From the NCBI GenBank assembly GCA_012026655.1, contig JAAILG010000029.1:62001-126000 (forward strand): a stretch of DNA of 64,000 bases, written 5' to 3'. The notes beneath the pieces are model-generated. The model saw only the letters and a list, made by a program, of their open reading frames with translations. It had not been told where the DNA came from and did no database searches. Positions 13,521-25,600 of the stretch are shown one piece after another (the first letter of the stretch is position 1; the number at the start of each line of letters is the position of its first letter). A program made the translations under genes and the position numbers. The stretch is from Hydrolagus affinis (Eukaryota).

Positions 13521-15780
13521 TTATCATTATTATTTATCTATCTATCACCAAGGAGAGGAATCTTTGCCAACGGTGCTGTACTTCCATTCTACAGAGAGTG
13601 AATAAAAGGGCACGAAGCAATAATAATGTAAATGAACACACTTTTTGTGCTAAACTGGAAAAATATTTTTGTTTTTGGAAAAACAATCCCAAAAGCAGCA
13701 AGTGTGATATATCGTGGAAAAATATTGTGTAATGTTGTGTGTCTGGTTTTGTAATTTGGGTTTAAAATAATAATGGACAATTTAAATTTATATACAGCAC
13801 CTCTTTTCATATTGGAAATAAACGGCTCAAAGCCCTATTCAAAATAATGGGCCAGGGCCCTGGACTCATTTAAAAAATGATTGTGTTGGGAAGACAGAAA
13901 AGAGGATGTATATTCTGGAATGAAGAGATCAAATGGACAGAAATTCCTTCTGTACCCGATCCAATCTTCCAGATGATTTAATCTGCTCTGGTTGCTAAAT
14001 TTAATCAATGTGTCGCATGAATTTATCAATCCATGTAATTAAATTAACATGCGTGTGTATCGCCCCGCCATTCACTCTCCATTGCTTTAGGTTGTCCTCC
14101 GGATGTGAAATTTGTTATATAAATGCAAGTTGTTGTTGTGGTGGTAATAACTTCAAAGTAAAACCACATTAGAAATGTAAAATTCATTGGTGCACGTAAA
14201 ATGGAGAATTGTTTGCTTATCTTATCAAATGGGGAAAGAAGAGTCCTAGACATACTTCAGCAAAGGTGCTACTTTGAACAACATGAACAGAATAATTCCA
14301 TTCGGTTGCTTGCAAGGAAATGAAATCAAAGCAGTTTGCAGTTTTGAATCATCAAGTGCCATCCTGCCCCTGAGGGTAATCTGACCAAGCAATGCCACCG
14401 CCTTCAACTCTGGCTCCTGTGTGCAATATTTTAAATATAGGGTTGCCGGTACTTTTAACATGCTGTGGGCAATCTCTGACTTGCACATCAGTTCCTCTGT
14501 ACAATATATCCAAATTATTGTTCGTTCCCAACAAACAACAGAGTTTAATTCATGAGACATCTGTCCTTGTCACTGCTGTCTCTGGCCTCACTCTGTTGTT
14601 CTATCCTCCGGTGCATGACCCGATGATAGTCTCTGTTATGCATCCTAACTTGTCCAGGACACGTTTGTCTTGGAGCTGAGCCATTGCCCGGATTATTTGT
14701 TTCCTCTGACTATCATTGGTTTGGCAACAGTGAAAGGTACAGAGGAGGAATAATTGTCAGAGCTGCGCTGCCATCATTTGCTCATTTCTTGCAATTACAA
14801 CAAACAAAAGCAGGAAAGAGAAGTGTGGGGTGGGAGGAGAAATGAAGTGACGGTGATTTGAATGAGTGCTTACATTGGCAAAGCTACCCGTCAGACAAAA
14901 TGAAGCAAGTAATTAAACTATAATGTGCACAGAGAGAGCACAAACATCCCACAACGTTAATGTCACGACTGTTTGTGAGTGGCTCAGCAAGCCACTGAAC
15001 AAAAGAACAAAATGCCTTCAGACTGGTTCCCAGTTTTAGATGCTGCAGGGACTTGAATGTTTTGGTTATACTTATTTGCTGGTCCTATAATAAACATTTC
15101 ATTTAAATATTTTGTACCTTTTTGTGAAGTAATGAAACTGTGATTTCAGCTGAGTGAGCACTTGAGGTTAGCGAACCCAGTCTTCCAAAGAACGGATTTT
15201 TTGTGTTTTAGTACCAAGATATACTTTTTGAAATCCTAGAATTTTAGTGAATTCAAACAATGGAATTTTGCAATGATTCATCATATTTCAAACCATTCCT
15301 TCTCTTGAATTCGGCAGAAATTCCATAATGTTCCTGAAAAAGTATTGCAAGTTGTGCATGTCACCATGCATCTCTGGTGTTTGCAGGACAGAAGCAATAA
15401 CAAAGCTGTGGTTTTGTGAATGCGTTCATAGAGGCCAGCTGATAGCAATGGATCGTGTCTAAATAATGGAATACTTGGTCTTATGGCAATGTCAAGAACA
15501 GCACATCTCCACTCTGCACTGTTAGAAAGGGGACAAGAAAAAGAAGTATTTTCATTACATTTCAAATCTTTGGGGTTTATAAAGTAATTTTCATTTGTGT
15601 TTTGGTTATCACTGTTTGTTACATAGAGGTGGAGTGGTAAAGGATCAGATGTGGAAGTAACACAAGCAACTATTTAACTTGAACTATCTGTTCGGAACTA
15701 AGGACAATTCCAGAATTTGCAAGGCTGATAATAATAAATATGATAAAATATTTTTGCTCCTAATAGAGCAGTTGATAGTG

Positions 15781-15839
15781 CAGGTATTTATCCTATTTCC
15801 AAACAGGAAATAGGATAAATACCTGTTTGGAAATAGGAT
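15781..15839. repeat. Compound perfect inverted repeat
   Basis: 15781-15800 is the reverse complement of 15806-15825 (20 bp); 15790-15807 is the reverse complement of 15822-15839 (18 bp). Confidence 0.9.
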
Positions 15840-16088
15840 TGAAGGTCATAGACAAAAATCTAGGCAAAAAAGATCAAATACTCCACAGGGAAACCTTGTT
15901 CCTGTGCCATTGGGACCAGGAAATGTCATCTGTAGAATAAAACTGGCCAAGTTTGAATAATACCAATGGTGTAAAGAGGCTATCATAACCTGTCCATTAA
16001 ATATAGCCATCTTTTTTAGTAATGGTTTGTTTTGGAACAGTTATCGTAGAGTTTCACTCAACTGTGAGGGTCAGCAGATAGTTATGTA

Positions 16089-16299
16089 CAGTAAAAGCCC
16101 ATTTATCCATGACCCAATCAACCGTAACTTCCATATAACCAGCACCTTAAAAAAAGTCCACATTCGATTAACCGGAATTTATCCAGCACAAAGTATTTTT
16201 TAAAACTAATTTTTTGGGGGTTTTCAGCCGAGTATCTGGCTCGCGCTTTCAATGGCATTGGCCAGGTCCTAAGGGTGCCGGATAAACAGGCTTTTACTG
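16089..16299 (+). mobile_element. Tc1/mariner-pogo-type MITE, internally deleted copy (211 bp)
   Basis: TIRs CAGTAAAAGCCCATTTATCC ... GGATAAACAGGCTTTTACTG; TA on both sides (16087-88, 16300-01). Confidence 0.85.
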
Positions 16300-17719
16300 T
16301 ACAATGTAAATATGAAGAGGCTCTCCAAGGTTGGATTGGAGTTCACTGCTTTTAGCAAGGGAGCAGTGCTAGAATTGGCCTCATGATTCTTAGATAAGGA
16401 ATTCCCTAGTGCCTTGTTGGACAATGCAGGCAGTGGATTTATGATAAGGACATAATTGAGTTTGCCAGGAAGACACCCCTCCCCTTTCCCATGCTAAAAT
16501 GGCTTGTGGATGCTCATGGTTTGGGCTTATGTATTGAAGACTAGTTACTTGAGAGACGGGCTCACCGTGGAACTGTACCCCAGCAGGTAAACAGTCAGGG
16601 AGCGGGCTAGAGAATAAAATTAGGGAGAAGAGTGCAGCCTTGTTCGGAGTCTTGAACTGTTGAGTCCAGGGCGATTCTGTGTTAATTAGCCCATTCGATC
16701 TGTTCTTCACTGTTTCACAGGAAGCAGCTATGAAGTTAGTTATCGGGAGTGTGGATGAATAGGAAACCTTTCCTTAAATATTGTGAATGTCACTGTAACG
16801 CTGTGGTGATCAAGCCATTATTAACCCTTTAGAGTATAGATGTGCAAGCCTCATTGTGTGTCATGCTCTCACATCCCTGTCCTCTCTGGCATGCGCCACC
16901 AGTAAAACCAGTAAGCCACTGCCAAACTCCACAGGTTGTTATCTAAAATGGCAGCAAGTAGCAGTAATCTGCTTCAAGGGATTTCAGCTACAAATTATAG
17001 ACTGGCGTCATTCTCGCAGTTTGTAATGTTAATCAAACTGGTTGATGAGATTAACTGCCTTGAGATCCCGCCCAGTTGTCCATTGTTTTTTATTTCTTCT
17101 TGTACCCTTGAGGGAAGATGGATTGCCGCAGTTTGAGGCTGACATCTGCGTGAACGTTCATTTAGCAGCCAGTGCTATCGCTGGTGCTCGTGCCGTTACA
17201 TTTCGTCCTGCATGCACTCACACGATGGGTGTGAATTTAATGATGTTCACCTAATATAGTGCTTTAGTCATGGTGCAAATCCATTTAATTACGAAATTCA
17301 TTAAGAAGTAGTGGAAAGATTTACTCTATCTCTCATTTGTTTCAGACCTTACCACGCCCCTCTTTGCCTTGTGTGTTCCGTTCCCCACCCCACCCCTTCC
17401 CCACCCAACACACACTGCCACACATCCAACATAAGTAGCCGATTTTGCACACATTCACCTCCGACAAACAGCCACGAAGAGAATGACCAATTGAGCCAAT
17501 GTATCCATAGAATTGCTGGTCAGGATACCAGGAGAAACTCCCTTCTCTTTTCGATTAATATGCCAGGGGATCTTTGTGTAACATTTAAATTTAGACCGTA
17601 CTCTTTGGAGACCTGTGCTGTTTCTCAATTAATTTTTAATGTGGCCCAGTGTTTAGCAAATCATTAGTTTGTCCAGTAAAAATACTGCTTTGGGAATGTT
17701 TTATGGGACATTAAAGTAA

Positions 17720-17863
<144 letters not shown>

Positions 17864-18384
17864 TGAGACACTTCCTGATGCTGACTGCAAATTAAAGACA
17901 AATCTCAAAGTTAGGGCAGCATCATTAATCCATTCATTTGGAGCTGGAGAGCTGATCTGGTATTGTTAACTGCTGGGTAGAGCCTTGCTCGGCTCCTCGC
18001 GGGGACATTGATTGTTGCTGAGAGAAAATGTTTGCTCACAGCAAGCACAGTGACACATCAGTCAATTCTGTCTGTCACTACAAATTATTTTTAGCATACC
18101 CTGGGCCTGGATTGAAAAACAAAAGTCTGAGCTTCTGTTGGATAGATTTGGGATTCAGCAGGTGCAGGCTTAATGCTAAACGCTAATGTTGATCCACAGC
18201 CAACAAACTGGACTTTGCCATTCATTTCACAGTGAGGTGGGTCTGGCTGAGAACTGTGTGTCAGTGTCCTAGGCTCCAGTTTCACACAGACTGTGCTTGT
18301 TTATCAATGTGGGTTGGAGGAAGATTGAGGGGGAGTTGGAGAAATGGTCATGATTAAATTACTCAAACATTACTTAGAATACAA

Positions 18385-18690
18385 TTACATAGGAACAGGA
18401 GTAGTCCATTCAGCAATTCAAACCTGTTCCATCATTCTATTAGATCATGGCTCAAGTCCATTAACCTGCCTTTTCTCCATATCCCATTATGCCATTACCC
18501 AGTAAATAACCTCAATTTAGCAAATTCCAATCGACACATCATCCACAATGTTTTGTGAGAGAGAATTCCAGATTTCCACAACCCTTCGTGTAAAATAAAT
18601 AAATAAATAAATGCTTCCCGGTTACATTCCTAACTGGTTTAGCTCTAATGTTAAGATTATGCCCTCTTGTTCTGGATTCTCTCACCAAAT
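18385..18690 (-). mobile_element. CR1-type LINE 3' end, with an (AAAT)n tract inside
   Basis: cataggaacaggagtagtccattcagc...agatcatggct...gagaattccagatttccacaaccc; reverse complement resembles 56530-56685. Confidence 0.75.
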
Positions 18691-20249
18691 TGTGGCTCAA
18701 CACTCCAGCAGTCCAGTTAACAGGGATAAAAAGCAGGGGAGGGTGGGAGTAAAAAAAATGACATGACCTACTGTAAAACTACAGTACTTGACTTCTAAGT
18801 GTCACAGGTAATATCTGATAACAGCTCTGCAGGGCGCGTAGCATTGCCAGTTGGTATTTCAGTTGCTGTGGGGTGCTGTGTGAAGCAACAACAACAAAAT
18901 TACAGTTATATAGCGCCTTTCAAGTCGGGTGGACGACCCAAGGCCCTAAACAATCAGGTCGGGACCAGAACAGATGGGGAGGGATCGGGGTAGGGGGAAG
19001 GAGAGTAGGAGAATTGAGCACACTAAGAAAGCTTAAATGGCAGTTTCTACCCTGACAGAACATCATGTTTGATCATGTACACTAGGACAGGGGAAAATAC
19101 CTTTTTTTTTAGAAATGTAATTTTTTTTAAAAAAAGGTATTGTAATAGAATTAAATACACAAAAGAATTTCAATCTGTTCGGCTTTCTGCCCCCGAACAG
19201 TTGGACTTGCAGATGTTGAGTTTCGCTCCTCTGTGTCCTGTTGCTACAGTATTGTTGGTGTAGGTTTATCTTGGATTGCTGCCACACCGCAAATGGTGAG
19301 CGCTGGCAAAGCAACACGGGACCTCCTATTGGAAACCTGTGAGGAATCCTGATCTGAGATTATTATGATCGTAAAAACTCCACCAAAGTTTCATGAAAAC
19401 ACAGAGGTCTGCCGAGACAAGTTTGTCTTGTCGATGCTCATTTCTCTAAAACTGGAAATTGTGCTTGTTGCTCTCCTTTGCACTCCCTCTTAGGTGCTTG
19501 TATCACAAGGTGTGGCCTGCCCAGAGCATTTCAGCTTGAGTAGGACTTGTGGGAATCTTAACTTAATTCATTTGGCAATATAGCCCAGCATGCTATTTGC
19601 CTTTTTCTATTGTTGCCTCCCACTGTTTAATATGGCAAGCAATAAGTCAACTTCAGCTTTCCCCCTCTGTAACTTCTGTCCCATCCATGTCTCCCATTCT
19701 TCCTTCGTGTATGCAGTACCTAGCGTTTATCTGTTTTGAACGTCATTTGCTGTTAAGAGCATGAGTAGAAATCATAAATCATTGCATTATACTAAGAATA
19801 AACCACCCCACTTGTCATAGGCAAAATGCACAAGGCTGCTCTTTAAAAAAGCATCTTGGCAGCTGTCTGCTGCTTTTTCTCCTAATTAAACAGCGAGTGA
19901 GTAACTAATTCAAACATATGGGCATATTAAAGCACGACTGTATAGTAATTAGTTGTTAGTGTCTATTCATTTAGCTAATGTCACCAGCCTAGGAAACTTC
20001 CTATCTGCTTTTAATCTATTGCTATTCTGATTAGGAAAAGTTTTAAATGAAAATCATTGACAGAAGCAAAATAGAATCCAGGTTTACCTGCTCAATTAAA
20101 GCAAACCTGTGGTATGAATGAAACCAAAGTTATGCTTTTAGTACTCTAAACATTCCCGCATTTAATACAGTCACGAGGACATCTTCAAAAGCTTCACAGG
20201 ATTTTACCGTAATGGCTAGTTGTGAGATATTGCTGGGAGCAAACAGTTT

Positions 20250-20684
20250 GCCTCTCTCTCTCCTCCTCTCCGCCACCTCTCTCTCCACCTCCCACTCCTC
20301 TCTCTTTCTCCCCACCCCTCTTTCCCTCTCTTTCTCCCCCCCACCCACTTCCCTCTCTCCCCTGCCCCCCCCCCCCCCCCCCCCCCCCCTATCTCTCTCT
20401 CTCTCTGCCTCTCTCTCAAACCTAGAAGTGCACTACCGGCATCATTCAGAGCTAATTCTACTGTACTTTCCTGCGACAATCGACTCATTAAATGCGCCAC
20501 AAATGGCAGCGCCATCTTCAGGCACTAGTAGCAGCATTACGAAATACTGATACGAGGGGAAAAAATGCGCCACCGCAATTGTGCCAGATAAGATCCGGTT
20601 AATTGAATGGGGACTGTTTTTTTTGAAGTGCCGGTCATACGGAAGTTACGGTTGATCGGGTCACAGATAAATGGGCTTTTACTG
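20250..20684 (-). mobile_element. Same MITE family, one-ended copy including the CT/poly-C tract
   Basis: Ends gataaatgggcttttactg|TA at 20684; reverse complement aligns by eye to 59988-60370; second TIR not seen. Confidence 0.8.
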
Positions 20685-20880
20685 TACTTGAATACATGTC
20701 CCATACATGTCTTAAGTAGCAAGCCTCCTTATGCAGTAATTATATTACAATGTTGACACCAATTTACTCCCAAAACAAGAAGTATGAATGGGGACTCGAA
20801 ATTACACTGTAACTCTGTTCCCCACAAAATCTGGAAGAGTGGTTTTCAAATCTGATGTGATTCATATCAGTCCTGTGTGA

Positions 20881-21261
<381 letters not shown>

Positions 21262-22371
21262 TAAACGGTGGTGAGTGTAGAAAGCAGTATTCCTTGCACC
21301 TGATATATTTCCTAGAATGGCAAAACTTCTCAAAATGCTTTACAGTAATTGATGTTAAGTACTTTGGGATGACCTCCCGATGTGACAGGCACTATACAAA
21401 TGTAATTTTGTTGTTGTTCTTAAATATAATGACTGTGTATTGTAGGCAAACACAGCAATAAATTTGTGTATAGATTTTTTTACTCCCACCTGCAAGGTCA
21501 GGCAATCACACCAACATAGCAATTCTTTGTAAATCCTGTGATTCTCGGCACTCCTACTCCAATGAAACCAACTTAATTCTTTAGCAAGGATGAAAGGAAA
21601 AGGCCAATTTAGCTTGTTAAATGTCTACAGAGGAACCCCTGCAGCACTGCACAAATGAGAAGACGCAATGACCGAAAACTATTTCACTCCAAATAAGTTA
21701 GTGAAATGAAAGGGGGAGAAAATTTTGAACTGTAATGACACTTGTGCCTGAATTATACACAGGGAATTGTTTGAGGATACAGGTATTGTGACCATTAATG
21801 GATGTATCACAGAGGAAGGTGTTTCTTTTATTTTGCTTTTTATACAACTGACCTTTTATGCTAGGCATTTGAAACAATGGCGTCTTAAATGGTGTATTGA
21901 AACAACAGTACCTTAAGTCATGCAGTGCTAATTGTGAATGTGGTTTGCTCCCACGTAGCTTGCTCCCTTTGTGTGCTGTGGCTCTTTTCCCAGCTCGATG
22001 TATCCTTGCTTGACCTTACTTGAAGCTCCAGAGTACAAGGTGTGCAGTTGGGAATAACTCTGTGTTTTCATCAATGGCAGACAGGCATCACTAGTGCTAT
22101 CAGAGGTGCTGCCTGCTATCACTTGTTTAGAGCTTTATCATGTTACAGAATTGTAGCAGTGGCATCTGTGGATTTGGCAACTCTCCTTCAAATGGCTTGT
22201 GTAGTCCTTCTCCAAGAAAGTTGAAACTGGCCCTGATTACATCTCTAGAGTATTGATCAGAGATATTCCTATTCTGGCTGTGTCCTGCTCATGTGCACAA
22301 GGCATTTACAAAGGAAAATAAAATCTGTGCTCCATTTCATTAACTGTGCACCATTTCTTAATGATGGAGAT

Positions 22372-22830
22372 AATAACAACAAAATCACACTTGTATAGCG
22401 CATTTCATGTCAAGAGGACGTCCCAAGGCACTGGACAGTCATTGTTTCAGACCCGATTCAGGTGACGGGGAGAATGGAGAGAAAGGGGGGTATTTGGGGT
22501 GATCCACAGGGCTGTCGAAGAGGAGGGTCTTGAGGCGGGACTTCAAGAAGGCTAGGGAGGGGGTGAGACAAAGGGATTGCCGGATGGAATTCCACAGGTT
22601 AGGGGCAGAATGGCTGAAGGCTCGCCTGCCAATGGTGGGGCGGGGGTTATGGAGCAGGCTGGAGCCTGCTGAGCGGAGTGGGCAAGCAGGTTGGTAAGGG
22701 GTTAGGAGGTTGCAGAGGTACGGTGGGGTGAGGCCATGGAGGGCTTTGAATGTGAGTACCAGTTTCTTGAATTGAATCCTCTAGGTGATGGGGAGCCAAT
22801 GGAGTCGGGCGAGGATGGGTCATGAAGCTT
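22372..22830 (-). mobile_element. L2-type LINE 3' end (ORF2 C-terminus relic plus tail)
   Basis: Minus translation PILARLHWLPIT*RIQFKKLVLTFKALHGLTPPYLCNLLTPYQP, followed by RAFSHSAPNLWNS; typical L2 ORF2 end with an in-frame stop. Confidence 0.85.
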
Positions 22831-22863
22831 GGAGTGGTAGAGGATGATAATAATAAATATATC

Positions 22864-22967
22864 ATAATAATCCTTGCATTTTATGTAGCACTGTATCACC
22901 TCGTTGAGACGTCTCAAAGCACTTCACAGGGTATACAGTAAAATGGACTATATTTGTGGGTGAATCA
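22864..22967 (-). mobile_element. SINE 3' fragment adjoining an L2 fragment
   Basis: ataataatccttgcatttt...gagacgtctcaaagcacttcacag. Confidence 0.75.
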
Positions 22968-25381
22968 ACACATGACCCAACCCACCTTCTAGTGACATCT
23001 GATTGAATCCTATGTGACTTTGTAACATGCCCTGCCTGGAGTGCTACCAGCCTCTGTTTGAAAACATGATTACCACAAGCTCTACGCTTGGCAGTTCCTG
23101 CACATGTTTGGGTGACAAGCGTCCAAAGCAGGCTAGAGGCGGCACAACTCACAGCTCCAAACGTACCAGCGGCCTGGCTCATTGGCAGAACTGGAAGGGT
23201 CAGACTGGGAGCAGGTATTCTTCCCAATCAGCTCCCGCTAGCCCTGCAAGCCAAAGCCATAAGCAGTAAGATTGTCTTAGCTGGGCAAGCAGTAGAAAAA
23301 TTGCCAGACAGTACTCTCAATAGCAAATTTTGTGTTTTTACCTGTTCAAATTCCAGCAGTGCCTCAATGTACACTCTGGGGTGTCCAAGTCTTGGCTCTT
23401 GCCACCGGATGTCTGGTAGCTCACTAGCCAAAAATGAGCCATCTCTGTTTGTTCTAATCTCACTTTGACTTCTGCTCCACAGCTGCATTCCTGGTATTTG
23501 GAGGAATACAGTGGCTGAGTAAGTGGTTCTGAAGCATGAAATATTTATTATTGTAGAAGCATTGTCAGTGACTGATACGTTCTCTGAGAAAACGCATCGC
23601 TATTGCTCAGAAGCCGTATGTACAAATGCCGATTGCTGATGCAGCTTTATCTGCATCCGATTCAAAACTGTGTTGCCCAGATTACTAGAGAAGGAATTTC
23701 AGGTGTTTACAGAGTTGGCGTTTACAAAGCTGCCTTTTATAAGGACGGCTCAGAAAGTGAAGCAACATATAAACCAAGTCTACTAAATCTTTAATGAGGG
23801 AATTTTGCTGTTGCACATTCTTGGTCCACTCCAGTCGTTCCGCGATCTTATCCAATGAATGGCTAAGCTGTACATACTCGGAAAGCCCAGGTCCGTGCTA
23901 TATTAGCTGGTCCCAGCTAGCTGAGTCGGTCCTACATGCATTATAAGGTGGCTTCGCGGGCGCTCGGTTAAAGAGGGGACATCATCCAGACCTCCAACTC
24001 CGGATGGTAACACAACAAGCCCAGTTTGAGATGCGTGCATGTGCAAACCACTTTTTACATACGTGCAGAAAGGAAATGAGATGCAGCAATTTTTCAGATT
24101 ACTGCAGGCAGAGGAAGCACTGGACACATGGCGACTTGCACCACCGACTGCATCTTTCTTTATTTGGTAACCTGTTTCTGCCATTGATATAAAGGGACTG
24201 AATGCGGAAGGGATGAAAATCATCTTACTATTTACCAAGACTTCACTTAAAAGGTAAATCAATTCCCTTGCTGTTCTCATGATTTAAACAAAAAGGCTTG
24301 AAGATAAATTATTATTATAATGATAAAATAACCCATTCTTGTGATATAGCGTCTATCATGTTGGGTGGACGTCTTGAAATGCTTAATAATGATAATAATA
24401 AGCTTTACAGGAAAGTGAGGTGATTGTGTAATTTGTAGGAACAGGTTGTACAATATCTTTGTCAAATAAAAGTAAATCATGCTGAAAGTAGTAAGAATCG
24501 CGTCAAGAATTCTCCAAAGAAACAGTGGCTTCACATCAGCCATGGTGCAACTGTCCTACAATCCCTTTACTCTAGTTGCTGGAGAGATCTAAAGAGATTT
24601 GCCTGGCAGTTTGCCAAGCTGCATCAAAAAGGGTGGCAGATCTGGGCTTGTGTTACCAACAGATTGCCAAACAACTCTGCTAACTGTGCCTAGCCAACTG
24701 TGGGCATATTGATGCAAGGATGTAATGCGTTAAAGCCAATCTGCTCCGAACCAAATACACTGATCCCTCAGATGACGCTCTGCGTACCTTCTGTGTACCA
24801 CAAAGGTGTGGGTGGAGGAGCTGAAGGGGATCCCTGCTAGCCCCTAAGGCTAATAGTCATCCTTTCATGTTTTCCAGTTCAAGATTCTAAAGGTTTTGGA
24901 GCATAAATAGTGGAACAGAACTGCCAGATAGTAAAAGGAACACTATGTTGCTTTCGGGATTGGGTATGCTTTTATTTAGTGTGTTTAGATTATATATTAT
25001 GTTTGTCACTCAATCTTTCAATTGAAAAATCTTCTAGCAACGTGTTGTGTTTTACTCTTCCAGATGTAGATTCAATGTCAAACAACAACACAACACAAAT
25101 GGGAACAAGGATTGCAGGAGGACAGAATGGACCTGAATCAGTAGAACCATCATTTGCCTCGAGCAACGTACTGGACCCCTTAGCCCAGGGCTGGCCAATC
25201 CCTCTTAGAACAAATCTTTGAAGACTGGTTTTCTCCATGAAGCCAAAGCAGTAGTTTCAAGCCACTTCTTTGGGTTGTTGCATAAACTGCTGTGACTTGG
25301 CTAAGGCTTCCCGTTCTGCAGGGTTTTGAGTGCAGCGGAGAGCGGGTGTGTCAGAGCGAGCACTGAGCTCACTCAGTCCGA

Positions 25382-25600
25382 AAACAAAACACAAAATACT
25401 ACCGATGCTGGGAATCTGAAACAAAAACAAAAGTTGCTGGGGAAACTCAGCAGGTCAGGCAGCATCCATGGAGAAAGGAAAAAGAGTCAACAAAGAGTCT
25501 GACGAAGGATTGTAGACCCGAAACGTTGACTCTTTTTCCTTTCTCAATGGATGCTGCCTGACCTGCTGAGTTTCTCCAGCAACTTTTGTTTTTGTTTCAT
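25382..25600 (+). mobile_element. Penelope-like element end with inverted partial terminal repeat
   Basis: 75-bp inverted arms at 25417-25491 and 25525-25599 (2 mismatches). The sequence gatgctgcctgacctgctgagtttctccagca...tttgtttt resembles fish Penelope termini (recalled). A 9-bp direct repeat TCAGTCCGA flanks it at 25373-25381 and 25601-25609. Confidence 0.7.
25492..25535 (+). ncRNA. Minimal type I hammerhead ribozyme-like motif (degenerate)
   Basis: AAAGAGU-CUGACGA(25499-25505)-aggauuguagaccc-GAAA(25520-25523)-CG-UU-g-ACUCUUU. Helix I has 7 bp, helix II is imperfect, helix III is minimal/palindromic (ACGU). Confidence 0.55.

Noticed and set aside
20130-20550. Pro/Ser/Leu-rich and Gly/Arg/Glu-rich ORFs (also 60148-60435, 44300-44678)
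   Set aside because: Translations of low-complexity tracts in the MITE or the CA/GA microsatellite.
22862-23488. Two minus-strand ORFs in one frame separated by a single TGA (readthrough or selenocysteine?)
   Set aside because: The downstream ORF runs into a SINE tail, has no recognisable domain, and no SECIS-like stem was seen.
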